Positions 20,931 to 30,039 of a stretch of 64,000 bases of DNA are shown in pieces. Each line of letters starts with the position of its first letter. Position 1 is the first letter of the stretch. The position numbers and the translations under genes are program-made. Source of the stretch: Spirochaetia bacterium (GTDB taxonomy: Bacteria > Spirochaetota > Spirochaetia > CADAEX01); the NCBI GenBank assembly GCA_963662795.1, contig OY759746.1:3648001-3712000 (forward strand). The letters run 5' to 3'. Below the pieces are notes generated by a model. That model was given only the letters and a program-made list of their open reading frames with translations. It was not told the DNA's origin and did no database searches.

Positions 20931-21590
20931 ATGAACACCTTTGATTTACTTAAATATTTTCCGGTTATTTGCAGAGATATTAACCTGATTGATCAGCTTT
21001 ACCGCAGGATAGATTTAAAAACCGGCCTCTTTGCTTCAGATTATGCAATTAAATGCCCTCAGGGCTGCGGCAGCTGTTGCAGCATTTACGAACCTGATAT
21101 TTATTATTCCGAAGCCTTATTTGCCGCATTCTGGATTATCAAGGAAAACAAAAGCTTATCATCTTTATTTCAAAATATTGAAAACAGAAAAAATTGTATT
21201 TTTTACGATGATAAAAATGATTACCACTGCCTGATCTATCCAGCACGGCCGCTTTTATGCAGGGCTTTTGCATTTTTAGGAGTTTTGGACAAATACGGAA
21301 ATCACAAATACAAATCATGTAAATTCATGGACGAAAGAAAAGAATTTTCAGGGAATTTTGTTCCATTAATGACTAATGAGGGAAATACAATATTATACAA
21401 TAATGATATGGAAAATCCCCTGCCGCTCTCTGTAGCTGTTGAAAAAGCCTGGCAGAAAATTTCTTTTATCATGAATTCGGCAGCGATGGAAAACACAAAT
21501 ACCGACATATCAAGAAAGTATATACCAGATTGTGATATTGCACCTGATGACAGGCATCCGCCCGATACAGCGCCTCAACCGGCAGCATAA
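20931..21590 (+). CDS. YkgJ-family (CxxCxxCC) Zn/Fe-chelating protein
   Basis: CPQGCGSCC, CIFY, CLIYPARPLLCR. Confidence 0.85.
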   Translation: MNTFDLLKYFPVICRDINLIDQLYRRIDLKTGLFASDYAIKCPQGCGSCCSIYEPDIYYSEALFAAFWIIKENKSLSSLFQNIENRKNCIFYDDKNDYHCLIYPARPLLCRAFAFLGVLDKYGNHKYKSCKFMDERKEFSGNFVPLMTNEGNTILYNNDMENPLPLSVAVEKAWQKISFIMNSAAMENTNTDISRKYIPDCDIAPDDRHPPDTAPQPAA

Positions 21591-21715
21591 ATATGCAGAA
21601 TTCAGAAACAAGGTTATTTAGCATCACTCAATATTTTACATACTATTTTCATTTAAAAGAAATTTAGTTCTTTCTATTATCAATATTTCTGATTTTGATA
21701 TATAATTATTTACCA

Positions 21716-23884
21716 ATGACTGCATTTAAAATTAAAACAGAATTTCAGTTTTTTAATAATATTTTTTCTTTCTTTTTTATTTTTCTCACTTTTATAACTG
21801 GATGTGAAGCTGTAGAAGTAATTAAAAAAGATAATCCTGCAGAGAGAAGTATTGATTTGATGACTGCGGTTTCAGCATATTATGACGGCAATTTTAATGA
21901 ATCTATCTCTTTGTTTGAAAGAATAATTCTGGAAAATCCGGCAAATCCCGATGCTGTGCTGAGTCTGGCAAGGCTTTATGAGGAGTCCGGCCGCCATTTA
22001 GAGACAGCAGAATTATTAAAATCAGAAAGCTTCTTGACTGAAACAAACAAAAAAAAAGAATCTTATTCAAAAAACAATAGCAGGACATTTTCAATGTGGG
22101 AAGACAGCGCCCTGCCGTTCTTTTTATCAGGAAATAATGAAGAGTATGTTCGGAAGACTGAATCTTTAATTCAGAATATGACTTTAAAATCCAATGATGA
22201 TATACAGCAAAAACAATCACAGATGGATGAATTATCAGAAATGTTTTTTTTTACCGGATGGGCATATGAAAATACCGGCGCAAAAGATAAAGCAATAGAT
22301 TCATTTGAATCTTCCATCAGGATAAGGGAATACTTTCCTTTAGCGCATCTTGCCCTTGGATTACTGTATTTTAAAAATAATGATTTTGAATTGTCTGAAA
22401 AACATCTTCGTACAGCTCTCAAACAGGATTCCAATATCACGCAGGCACGGCCATATCTTGCAAAAACTTTTCTTGCTCAAAACAGATTGAATGAAGGATA
22501 TGCAGAACTTCAAAAATCAATGGCAATCAGACCGTGGGACAGGGAAACAAAAGAGATACTTACAGTTTTTGAAAAAAATAATCCTGCAATTATTAAAGAG
22601 AAAGAAGAATTTACTGCTAAAAAAAGAATTTCATCCTCCGTCCCCAAAGCAATTTCCATTACAGACGATAGAGACACGATGCCTCAGATAAGAGTGGGAC
22701 TTGCAGAAAATTCAAGTGAATTATTTATCAAAACAGGAGGGGATTTCATTATAACTTCCCAGTCTGGGGAACATCTTCTTAAGGGTAATAATAATCAGAT
22801 TTACAGAATTGTATTTGATCATAATAATATTGTAATATCCTCAACAAATGATGAAACGGTTCTATCTATTTCAAAGCCGATCTCGCTTGTTTATGATAGT
22901 CCATTCTCAACAACTCTGATCTTTGATATTTTACACAGCAGCGGATATCAGTCGGCAGGACAGGAAGACAGAGACTATAGAGGAAAAATATCCTTTATCC
23001 CTTTTCAGAATAATGGAATTACAATAGTTAACACGCTGCCTCTTGAGGAATACCTTTATTCTGTCGTTCCATCAGAAATGCCATCTTCCTGGCCTGAAGA
23101 GGCGCTTGCCGCTCAGGCTGTCGCTGCCCGCTCTTATACGCTTGCAAATATGGGAAAATATGAAAAACGGGGATTTGACCTTTCCGGTTCCATTCATTCC
23201 GCATTCTACCGCGGGCTGTCCGGTGAAAACACTAAAACTACTGCTGCTGTAGAAAAAACCCGCGGACTTTTTCTAAAATATGAAAACAGTTATCTTAATG
23301 CATTCTATTCCGCCAATTCTGCAGGAAGAACAGAATCTGCAGAAAGTGTCTGGAAGATGAATGCTCCGATAATTGGAGTAACCGATCCTCAGCTTGTATT
23401 TAAAACCAATCCTCCGTCCCCATGTGAGCTTACCAGGTGGATATTATCAGAACCTCCGTCATACAGCTCTGTTCCACCTTTTTACTACAAATCTTCATAC
23501 CGATGGAGAATTATTGTTCCCAGAGAGGAAATAGAAGCAAGAATAGGAAATGATATCGGTACTGTATTAAGAATTACAACCCGTGGACGGGGAATGAGCG
23601 GAAGGGTAAATGAGGTTCTTGTTGAAGGAAGTAAGGGGAATGAAATAATCCGCAATGATTCGATAAGAAACCGTCTCGGCGGATTACGCAGCAACCTTTT
23701 TATTGTCATGCCTAAAATGGGAGAAGACATGATTCCGCAATTCTTTATTTTTGCAGGAGCCGGATGGGGTCACGGAGTTGGCATGTGCCAGACTGGTGCG
23801 GCAGGAATGGCATCTGAAGGATTTTCAGCAGAAGAGATTCTTAAACATTATTATCCGCTTGCTGATTTAATAAAAGAATATTGA
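21716..23884 (+). CDS. TPR plus SpoIID/LytB lytic transglycosylase lipoprotein
   Basis: Lipobox FITGC, TPR-like helices, LEEYLYSVVPSEM, ALAAQAVAARSY, GWGHGVGMCQTGA. Confidence 0.88.
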   Translation: MTAFKIKTEFQFFNNIFSFFFIFLTFITGCEAVEVIKKDNPAERSIDLMTAVSAYYDGNFNESISLFERIILENPANPDAVLSLARLYEESGRHLETAELLKSESFLTETNKKKESYSKNNSRTFSMWEDSALPFFLSGNNEEYVRKTESLIQNMTLKSNDDIQQKQSQMDELSEMFFFTGWAYENTGAKDKAIDSFESSIRIREYFPLAHLALGLLYFKNNDFELSEKHLRTALKQDSNITQARPYLAKTFLAQNRLNEGYAELQKSMAIRPWDRETKEILTVFEKNNPAIIKEKEEFTAKKRISSSVPKAISITDDRDTMPQIRVGLAENSSELFIKTGGDFIITSQSGEHLLKGNNNQIYRIVFDHNNIVISSTNDETVLSISKPISLVYDSPFSTTLIFDILHSSGYQSAGQEDRDYRGKISFIPFQNNGITIVNTLPLEEYLYSVVPSEMPSSWPEEALAAQAVAARSYTLANMGKYEKRGFDLSGSIHSAFYRGLSGENTKTTAAVEKTRGLFLKYENSYLNAFYSANSAGRTESAESVWKMNAPIIGVTDPQLVFKTNPPSPCELTRWILSEPPSYSSVPPFYYKSSYRWRIIVPREEIEARIGNDIGTVLRITTRGRGMSGRVNEVLVEGSKGNEIIRNDSIRNRLGGLRSNLFIVMPKMGEDMIPQFFIFAGAGWGHGVGMCQTGAAGMASEGFSAEEILKHYYPLADLIKEY

Positions 23885-23926
23885 AAATGATATTCATCAT
23901 CTTAAAAAAAAAGAGATTATTTTTTC

Positions 23927-24361
23927 TCAGGCGGATAATACCTCTTTAAGTGTTAAAACATAATCTCTGATTTCATCTCTTACCCGTCTGTAAATTCCAA
24001 GAACATCTTCTTCAGTTGCAGCATTTTTTGCAAGACGGGGCGGATCATCAAAACTGTGATGTATTATTTTTGTTTTTGCGGGAAAAAAAGGACAGTTTTC
24101 ACTTGCATGATCACAGACTGTAATAACATAGTCAAAATTCTGGTACGGCAGTTCTGACGTAATTTTACTTTTATGAGACGATATATCCACTCCGGCTTCT
24201 TTCATAACTTTTACAGCATTTATATTTAATCCATGTTTTTCAATGCCTGCAGACCAGGTTTCCGCGATATCTGAGATAAGATGCCTGGCCCATCCTTCTG
24301 CCATCTGGCTTCTGCAGGAATTGCCTGTGCACAGGAACAGTAGTTTTGGTTTACTTTTCAA
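23927..24361 (-). CDS. arsC: Arsenate reductase, thioredoxin-coupled LMW-PTP type
   Basis: CTGNSCRSQMAEG, VCDHASENCP, FDDP, RRVRDEI. Confidence 0.92.
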   Translation of the reverse strand: MKSKPKLLFLCTGNSCRSQMAEGWARHLISDIAETWSAGIEKHGLNINAVKVMKEAGVDISSHKSKITSELPYQNFDYVITVCDHASENCPFFPAKTKIIHHSFDDPPRLAKNAATEEDVLGIYRRVRDEIRDYVLTLKEVLSA

Positions 24362-24690
24362 TTATTTCCAACTCCCATGTACTTTCGATTTCGGTCAATA
24401 TTCATTCTAATGACATTCTCAATACATCCTATAAAATCAAGGAGGCATTTGCATCTGAGTGAGTAATAAACTGTTGTCCCTTTTTTAGTATCATCGATTA
24501 TTCCGGCATTTTTTAAGATTGAAAGATGTTTTGAAGTGGTTGACTGGTCAATGCCTATCATTTCTGCAAGTTCACATACACAGTAAGGTTTTTCATTCAA
24601 CTTATCCACTATGAATATCCTTGAGGGATGGGCAATGGCCTTAAGAATCGCGGCCCTCCCCTCGCTTTTATATTTTTCATCTTCAGTCAT
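24358..24690 (-). CDS. arsR: ArsR/SmtB-family repressor
   Basis: KAIAHPSR, CVCELA, SKHLSILKNAG. Confidence 0.88.
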   Translation of the reverse strand: MTEDEKYKSEGRAAILKAIAHPSRIFIVDKLNEKPYCVCELAEMIGIDQSTTSKHLSILKNAGIIDDTKKGTTVYYSLRCKCLLDFIGCIENVIRMNIDRNRKYMGVGNN

Positions 24691-24744
24691 TGTTACACCC
24701 TGATATATTTTACATTTATATCAGACGATTATCAAGCTTATATA

Positions 24745-24785
24745 TTGACCATTTACTGCATATATGACTATATTGCCATATATGC
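24745..24785 (+). promoter_or_regulatory. Sigma70 promoter overlapped by a probable ArsR operator
   Basis: TTGACC (24745-24750) and TATATT (24769-24774); inverted repeat GCATATATG (24758-24766) / CATATATGC (24777-24785). Confidence 0.6.
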
Positions 24786-24808
24786 TTTTAAAAAGATAGG
24801 GAGAGAAG

Positions 24809-25053
24809 ATGAAAATCCAAATATTTGGAACAGGCTGTTCCAAATGCAGAACACTTGAATCCAATGTCAAAGAGGCCCTAGCAGAAACAACTCTTGATGC
24901 TGAGATTATCAAAGTAACAGACATAAACGAAATAATGGAATTCGGTGTCATGATGACACCTGCGCGCTTGCCATAGATGGAGAGGTCAAAAGTTCAGGAA
25001 AAATTCTCACAAAATCTCAGATAATTGAACTTTTAAATAATTACAGCAATTAA
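24809..25053 (+). pseudogene. Small redox-active disulfide protein (MTH895-like thioredoxin), frameshifted
   Basis: MKIQIFGTGCSKC...GVMMTPA, then 2 extra bases in GCGCGC (~24962-24967); the shifted frame continues LAIDGEVKSSGKIL...YSN*. Not in the ORF track. Confidence 0.85.
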
Positions 25054-25065
25054 AGGATAATAAAT

Positions 25066-26228
25066 ATGGCTAAAAAAGTGCTGACTCAAAACAGCAGATT
25101 GCTGATTCTTTTTTCTGTTTTTATTGCTTCTTACTTTATCCCGTTTTCAAATACTGCGGTTCAATCCGGTATAAGCAAGCGAAGCCTTTTTCATGCTTCA
25201 GGAATATGCCAGAGAGCATGTTCTTTTGTGTCTTGTACCGGCTTTTTTCATTGCGGGGGCAATAATGGTTTTTTTAAACCAGCAGGCCGTTATAAAATAT
25301 CTCGCCCTGAAGCAAATAAATTTACCGCAGACTCTGTTGCCTCGGTTTCTGGTGCAATTCTTGCAGTCTGTTCATGTACCGTTCTCCCTTTATTTAAAAA
25401 AATATATAAAAAAGGGGCAGGAATCGGTCCTGCAATCAACATACTTGCGATAATCCTCACAGGAAAGGTTTTAGGATGGCAGATTGGCCTTGCCGGGGCA
25501 ATAGGTGCTGTTTCATTTGCTTTCCTTATTGGTTTTCTTATGCACGTTTTCCTCAGGAAGGATGATGAAAAAAGACTGACAGATGACCGTATGTTCCATC
25601 AGACAGTAAGTGATGACAGCGGAAGGACTCTGGAGATGAATATTCTCTATCTTTTTTCTATGGTAGGGATTCTTATTTTTCTTAATTGGGCCCCTTCAGG
25701 CGGTACACTTCCTCTGTGGGATTTTATATATAAAAACAAGTATTTCATAACAGGTATTTTCTTTATAGCACTCAATATTATGCTTGCCAGATGGTTTTCA
25801 AAAGATGAAATAAAAGAGTGGATAGTTTCAACAAGGGATTTTTCCATTCAGATAATCCCCCTTCTTTTTTCAGGAGTTCTGGTTGCAGGTTTTTTATTGG
25901 GCAGGCCTGGCCATCAAGCTTTTATTCCTACAGAATGGGTAGCAGGCCTTGTTGGAGGCAATTCAATCATATCAAATTTGACAGCTTCCATATCAGGTGC
26001 TTTTATGTATTTTGCCCCTCTCACCGAAGTACCGATTATGCAGGGGCTTATCGGGGCAGGTATGGGTAAAGGTCCGGCACTCGCCCCGCTGCTCTCAGAG
26101 CCATACCTTTCCCTTCCTTCAATGCTTGTAATTCACAGTGAACTGGATTGAAAAAGACAATTGTCTACGTAAGCCTTGTGATAATAATGTCAGCTTTAAC
26201 CGGAATGGCTTATGGAATATTATTCTGA
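25066..26228 (+). pseudogene. arsP: ArsP/DUF318 permease with several frameshifts
   Basis: The motif MLQEYAREHVLLCLVPAFFIAGAI lies in an alternative frame (25193-); ILAVCSCTVLPLF and GMGKGPALA are in the main frame; the C-terminal TM (KTIVYVSLVIIMS) is out of frame after the stop at 26151. Confidence 0.82.
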
Positions 26229-26239
26229 CATTTTTTAAA

Positions 26240-27205
26240 TTAAATTATAGTTATAAGAATTTTTAAAACAGGTACGGTTAGAATCATAAAAATCATTGAA
26301 AAAAACCAGCATGTATTTGCGAGGTCAAGGTCCAGATCATAAAGCGTGGATGGAATCATGGCAAGTATGGCTACAGGCATAGATGAAAGTATCAGTATTA
26401 CCTTTAATGGCAATCCCTTATCAATCTCACCAAGGCCGGTATATTTTGCAAATAAAAAAGTAATAACCGGAACCGCAAGATATTTTATTGGCAGTACTGC
26501 AGATGCTTTAACTGCGCGCTCTTTCATTTTGCCGAATTTCAAAGCCATACCTATTGTAACAAGCATTGTAAATGAGGAAAGGGGAATTATTACTGCATTT
26601 AATGGTTTAAAAAAATCCGGACGTTTAATCCCTGACAGATTCAAAATAAATCCTGTCAGAATACTTATTATTACAGCAGATAACAGAGGATCAAATTTGA
26701 TCTTTGATTTCCTGTTATTTTGATTATTCTCTTTTCTAATACCGAATGTCCGCAAAAAAGGAAACCCGATTAAATAATAAAATAAATCCTCAAAAAGTTT
26801 ATAAAACGGGACAAACGCGAATCCTTTTTCTCCAAGAAAAGAATAACAGACAAGGGCTCCGATGTTCCCGATATTTGTAAAAGAACCACAGGCGATAAAT
26901 GCTCCGCTCTCCTTTCTGCTCATCTTCATGTATTTAGCCGTGAGCAAGGCAATCATACCACCGGAAGTCAGTGCCAATATTCCCGTTAGCGGCATAAATA
27001 ATAGTTGATGTTTCTTTAAATCCAGAATCCAGATTGATCCAATAAAAGCAACAGGATTAAGAAAAACAATAACCAATCTCTGCAATATTTTTCTTACCTT
27101 CCCGTTTATTATTGACCCGTATGGAAAAACCGAAGTAAATTGCAATATATAGCCTGTTGTCAGCCCGGAGAATACAATAAATAATGAATAAAATATTTTA
27201 ATCAA
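26240..27205 (-). CDS. AEC (auxin efflux carrier-like) family transporter
   Basis: About 10 TM segments, FTNIGNIG, SSMPVAI, YDLDLDLAN. Confidence 0.75.
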   Translation of the reverse strand: MIKIFYSLFIVFSGLTTGYILQFTSVFPYGSIINGKVRKILQRLVIVFLNPVAFIGSIWILDLKKHQLLFMPLTGILALTSGGMIALLTAKYMKMSRKESGAFIACGSFTNIGNIGALVCYSFLGEKGFAFVPFYKLFEDLFYYLIGFPFLRTFGIRKENNQNNRKSKIKFDPLLSAVIISILTGFILNLSGIKRPDFFKPLNAVIIPLSSFTMLVTIGMALKFGKMKERAVKASAVLPIKYLAVPVITFLFAKYTGLGEIDKGLPLKVILILSSMPVAILAMIPSTLYDLDLDLANTCWFFSMIFMILTVPVLKILITII

Positions 27206-27403
27206 CCGGAGTTCATCCTTAAGTTAATAACCTTGTAAGGTATTATAAATTTAACTTGATTATTTATTCAGATATGTTAATATCTTTTATTATTATAAGT
27301 TTACAAATCAAAATAGTCTTATCTTTCAATTCTTAAAAAGTCATATTATTAAACAGAAAAATTATTAAAATGTCTACTTAATACTCGTACCAAGGAGACT
27401 TTA

Positions 27404-27811
27404 ATGAGATATACAATATCAGACTCGAATTTACCGCATTTTTTCTCAGTAAAAATCAGCGTGGGCATTGACCCTTTAAAAATAGAAATCATACTGAATG
27501 AAATCCTCTCGGACAGCAGGTGGAAGGCAGGGACCAGCCTGTTATTTGACTACAGTGAAGTAAATACGTACTGCTTCCCTGTCTCAAGTGTTGATACAAT
27601 CACTAAAATTGCAGAAAAAAACATGGAAAAACTCAAAGGTTCGCTTTGTGGCGTAATCGTTAATCCGCTTACAGATAAAACGATATTAAGTGTTTTTGAA
27701 ACTGTTGCAGATATGAAATCGAACCATTTTGTAAAGGTTTTTATAAACTATGAAGACGCATACAGCTGGCTGAAAGATGCTGAAACCAATCTATGTAATA
27801 TTGGCGGCTGA
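27404..27811 (+). CDS. Hypothetical protein (SpoIIAA/STAS-SEC14-like)
   Basis: AAGGAG RBS, LLFDYSEV, C-terminal VFINYEDAYSWL typical of this fold. Confidence 0.55.
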   Translation: MRYTISDSNLPHFFSVKISVGIDPLKIEIILNEILSDSRWKAGTSLLFDYSEVNTYCFPVSSVDTITKIAEKNMEKLKGSLCGVIVNPLTDKTILSVFETVADMKSNHFVKVFINYEDAYSWLKDAETNLCNIGG

Positions 27812-28063
27812 TTATATTAAAGAATATATTTACCGATAGTATTTGATTTGTTTTCGTAAAATATCTACAGAAACTCCGATATATTTTAATGTTATTTATT
27901 ATCTTGGAAAGTCCAATATTGTCAAAATAAAATGTTTTCAATAATAATATATTTATAATATAATAAATATTGCTATATACTTAATATGATAACTGCCCTG
28001 ATAACATTTATATAGCCTATTTGTTATCTCCGGTACGGATGTTTCATACAATCAGGTGGTAAA

Positions 28064-29659
28064 ATGGACCGGCAAAAAGATTATTTTTTTGATGATTTCC
28101 TTAAGATTACCGAAAGCTCTCTTGCTGGACTTGAAAATATCAATGATATTATAGAAAATCCAGCTGATGATATTTCTGATATTTTTTCGAAAAACACAAG
28201 AAAGGAATTTTCAGAAGACAATTCAGAGGGAATTAATTTTCAATTAGACGGATATGCTGAAATAAATATTTCTGAAGACAATATGATTGTTACTGCAGAT
28301 TTCTACCCCGCTTCACCGGGTAAAAATCTGATAAGTCTGGATAAAATCAAATCTATCTTATTTGAAAAAAAAATAATCTACGGTATTGACGGGGATTTAC
28401 TGTCAGAAAGTATTTATAGATGCAATACAGAAAACTGTATAGTAAAAGACATAGTAATCGCCAAAGGAATACCTTCCAAAGATGAGATTCTAAAACATAT
28501 TGTAATTGTACCGGATCTTTTTGAGCCTGATAAAATAAATACTGAAATTGAAGAGCCTGTCGATTTTAAAGACTACACCACTTATAAGATAGTTAATAAG
28601 GATCAATTACTGGCTGAAATGATGCCTCTTAAACCGGGTTTCACAGGTATTAATGTTTTTGGTGAAGAAGTCAAATACAGGAAAATATTTTTAAAGTATC
28701 TGAAACCGGGCAAAAATACTAAATTCAGTGATAATGAAATATTATCCGCATGTGATGGTGTTTTTAAATATGACAACAACAATTTCTGGGTTGATGAGGT
28801 TCTCCATGTCAACGGCAATGTTGATTATCATACAGGGAATATCAATTTTACCGGTGATGTAATAATTGATGGAGATATCAGTGATTCCTTTAAAATAAAT
28901 TCTAAGGGAAACATATTTTGCAATCAGACAATGGATGCGACAGAAGTTTATTGCGGCAATGATCTTCAGGTGAAAAATGGTATTATCGGCAGAAAAGACA
29001 GTATCGTAAAGGTAAAAGGGTCGATAAAAGCAAAATTCATTGAACACTGTTATGTTGAAGCCTATAACTCAATTTACCTCGAAATCGGTGCTTTGAATTC
29101 CTATCTTTATACAACAGACAAGTTAATTATGTCCCATAAAGGATTGATTGTCGGAGGAACAATTTATGCTTCAAACGGAATTGTTACAACCCAGATCGGA
29201 ACTGCCATGGGACCTAAGACTGAATTATACTGCGGGACGGATTTTAATATTGTAAACAGAATGAACTGGATAAGAGAAAAAACTATTGAACTTGCAACTG
29301 CTCTAAAAAAAGTCCGCGACAGACTTTTAAAAAGCAGTATTGATTTACAACAGAAAATGGAACTTGAAAAATACAGGGAACAGCTGCAGGGAGGCATCCA
29401 CAAGTTAAATGAAGCATCCTGTAATCTTTTATCAAAACTAGATAAAAACACCGAAGCAGATATTGTAGTCAGGGGATCAATATATCCCGGAGTATATATT
29501 GAAATATGCCATGTTTCTCATATAGTAAGCCGTAAGATGAACAAAGTCAGATTCAGGCTTGATAAAAAAAAGGGCAGAGTTGTGTGTGATAATATAGGTA
29601 TTGATGATATCAGGCAGGCAGAAAGTGAATACATTACTGAAAACAGAGGAAAAAGATGA
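28064..29659 (+). CDS. FapA/DUF342 family protein
   Basis: IAKGIP, DFKD, GNVDYHTGNINFTGDVII beta-helix repeats, GSIYPGV. Confidence 0.85.
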   Translation: MDRQKDYFFDDFLKITESSLAGLENINDIIENPADDISDIFSKNTRKEFSEDNSEGINFQLDGYAEINISEDNMIVTADFYPASPGKNLISLDKIKSILFEKKIIYGIDGDLLSESIYRCNTENCIVKDIVIAKGIPSKDEILKHIVIVPDLFEPDKINTEIEEPVDFKDYTTYKIVNKDQLLAEMMPLKPGFTGINVFGEEVKYRKIFLKYLKPGKNTKFSDNEILSACDGVFKYDNNNFWVDEVLHVNGNVDYHTGNINFTGDVIIDGDISDSFKINSKGNIFCNQTMDATEVYCGNDLQVKNGIIGRKDSIVKVKGSIKAKFIEHCYVEAYNSIYLEIGALNSYLYTTDKLIMSHKGLIVGGTIYASNGIVTTQIGTAMGPKTELYCGTDFNIVNRMNWIREKTIELATALKKVRDRLLKSSIDLQQKMELEKYREQLQGGIHKLNEASCNLLSKLDKNTEADIVVRGSIYPGVYIEICHVSHIVSRKMNKVRFRLDKKKGRVVCDNIGIDDIRQAESEYITENRGKR

Positions 29660-30012
29660 AATCCATCCTTATAATTGATGATGATGAACTTCTCGTCGAA
29701 AGCCTTGAAATTGTTCTTAAAAATGATAATTTCAATGTGACAACTGCCAAAAACGGGAATATTGCTCTAAAGAAGCTTGAAATGTTTGCTCCTGATATAA
29801 TTCTTCTGGATATAATTATGCCTGACATGGAGGGTATCGAATTTTTGAGGAGAAGAAAATCACTGGGCAGCAACATCCCGGTAATCATGATGTCGGGAAA
29901 TCCTATCGGGATGGATTTTTTCAGGGTTGCCAAATTATTGGGCGCAAAAGACAGCATTAAAAAACCTTTTTCAAAAAAAGAACTTCTTGATTTAATTTCA
30001 AGATATGTATAA
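29656..30012 (+). CDS. Single-domain response regulator
   Basis: IIDDD, LLDIIMPDMEG, KKPF. Confidence 0.9.
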   Translation: MKSILIIDDDELLVESLEIVLKNDNFNVTTAKNGNIALKKLEMFAPDIILLDIIMPDMEGIEFLRRRKSLGSNIPVIMMSGNPIGMDFFRVAKLLGAKDSIKKPFSKKELLDLISRYV

Positions 30013-30039
30013 TTATTATTTGTCGATTTAATACTTTAT

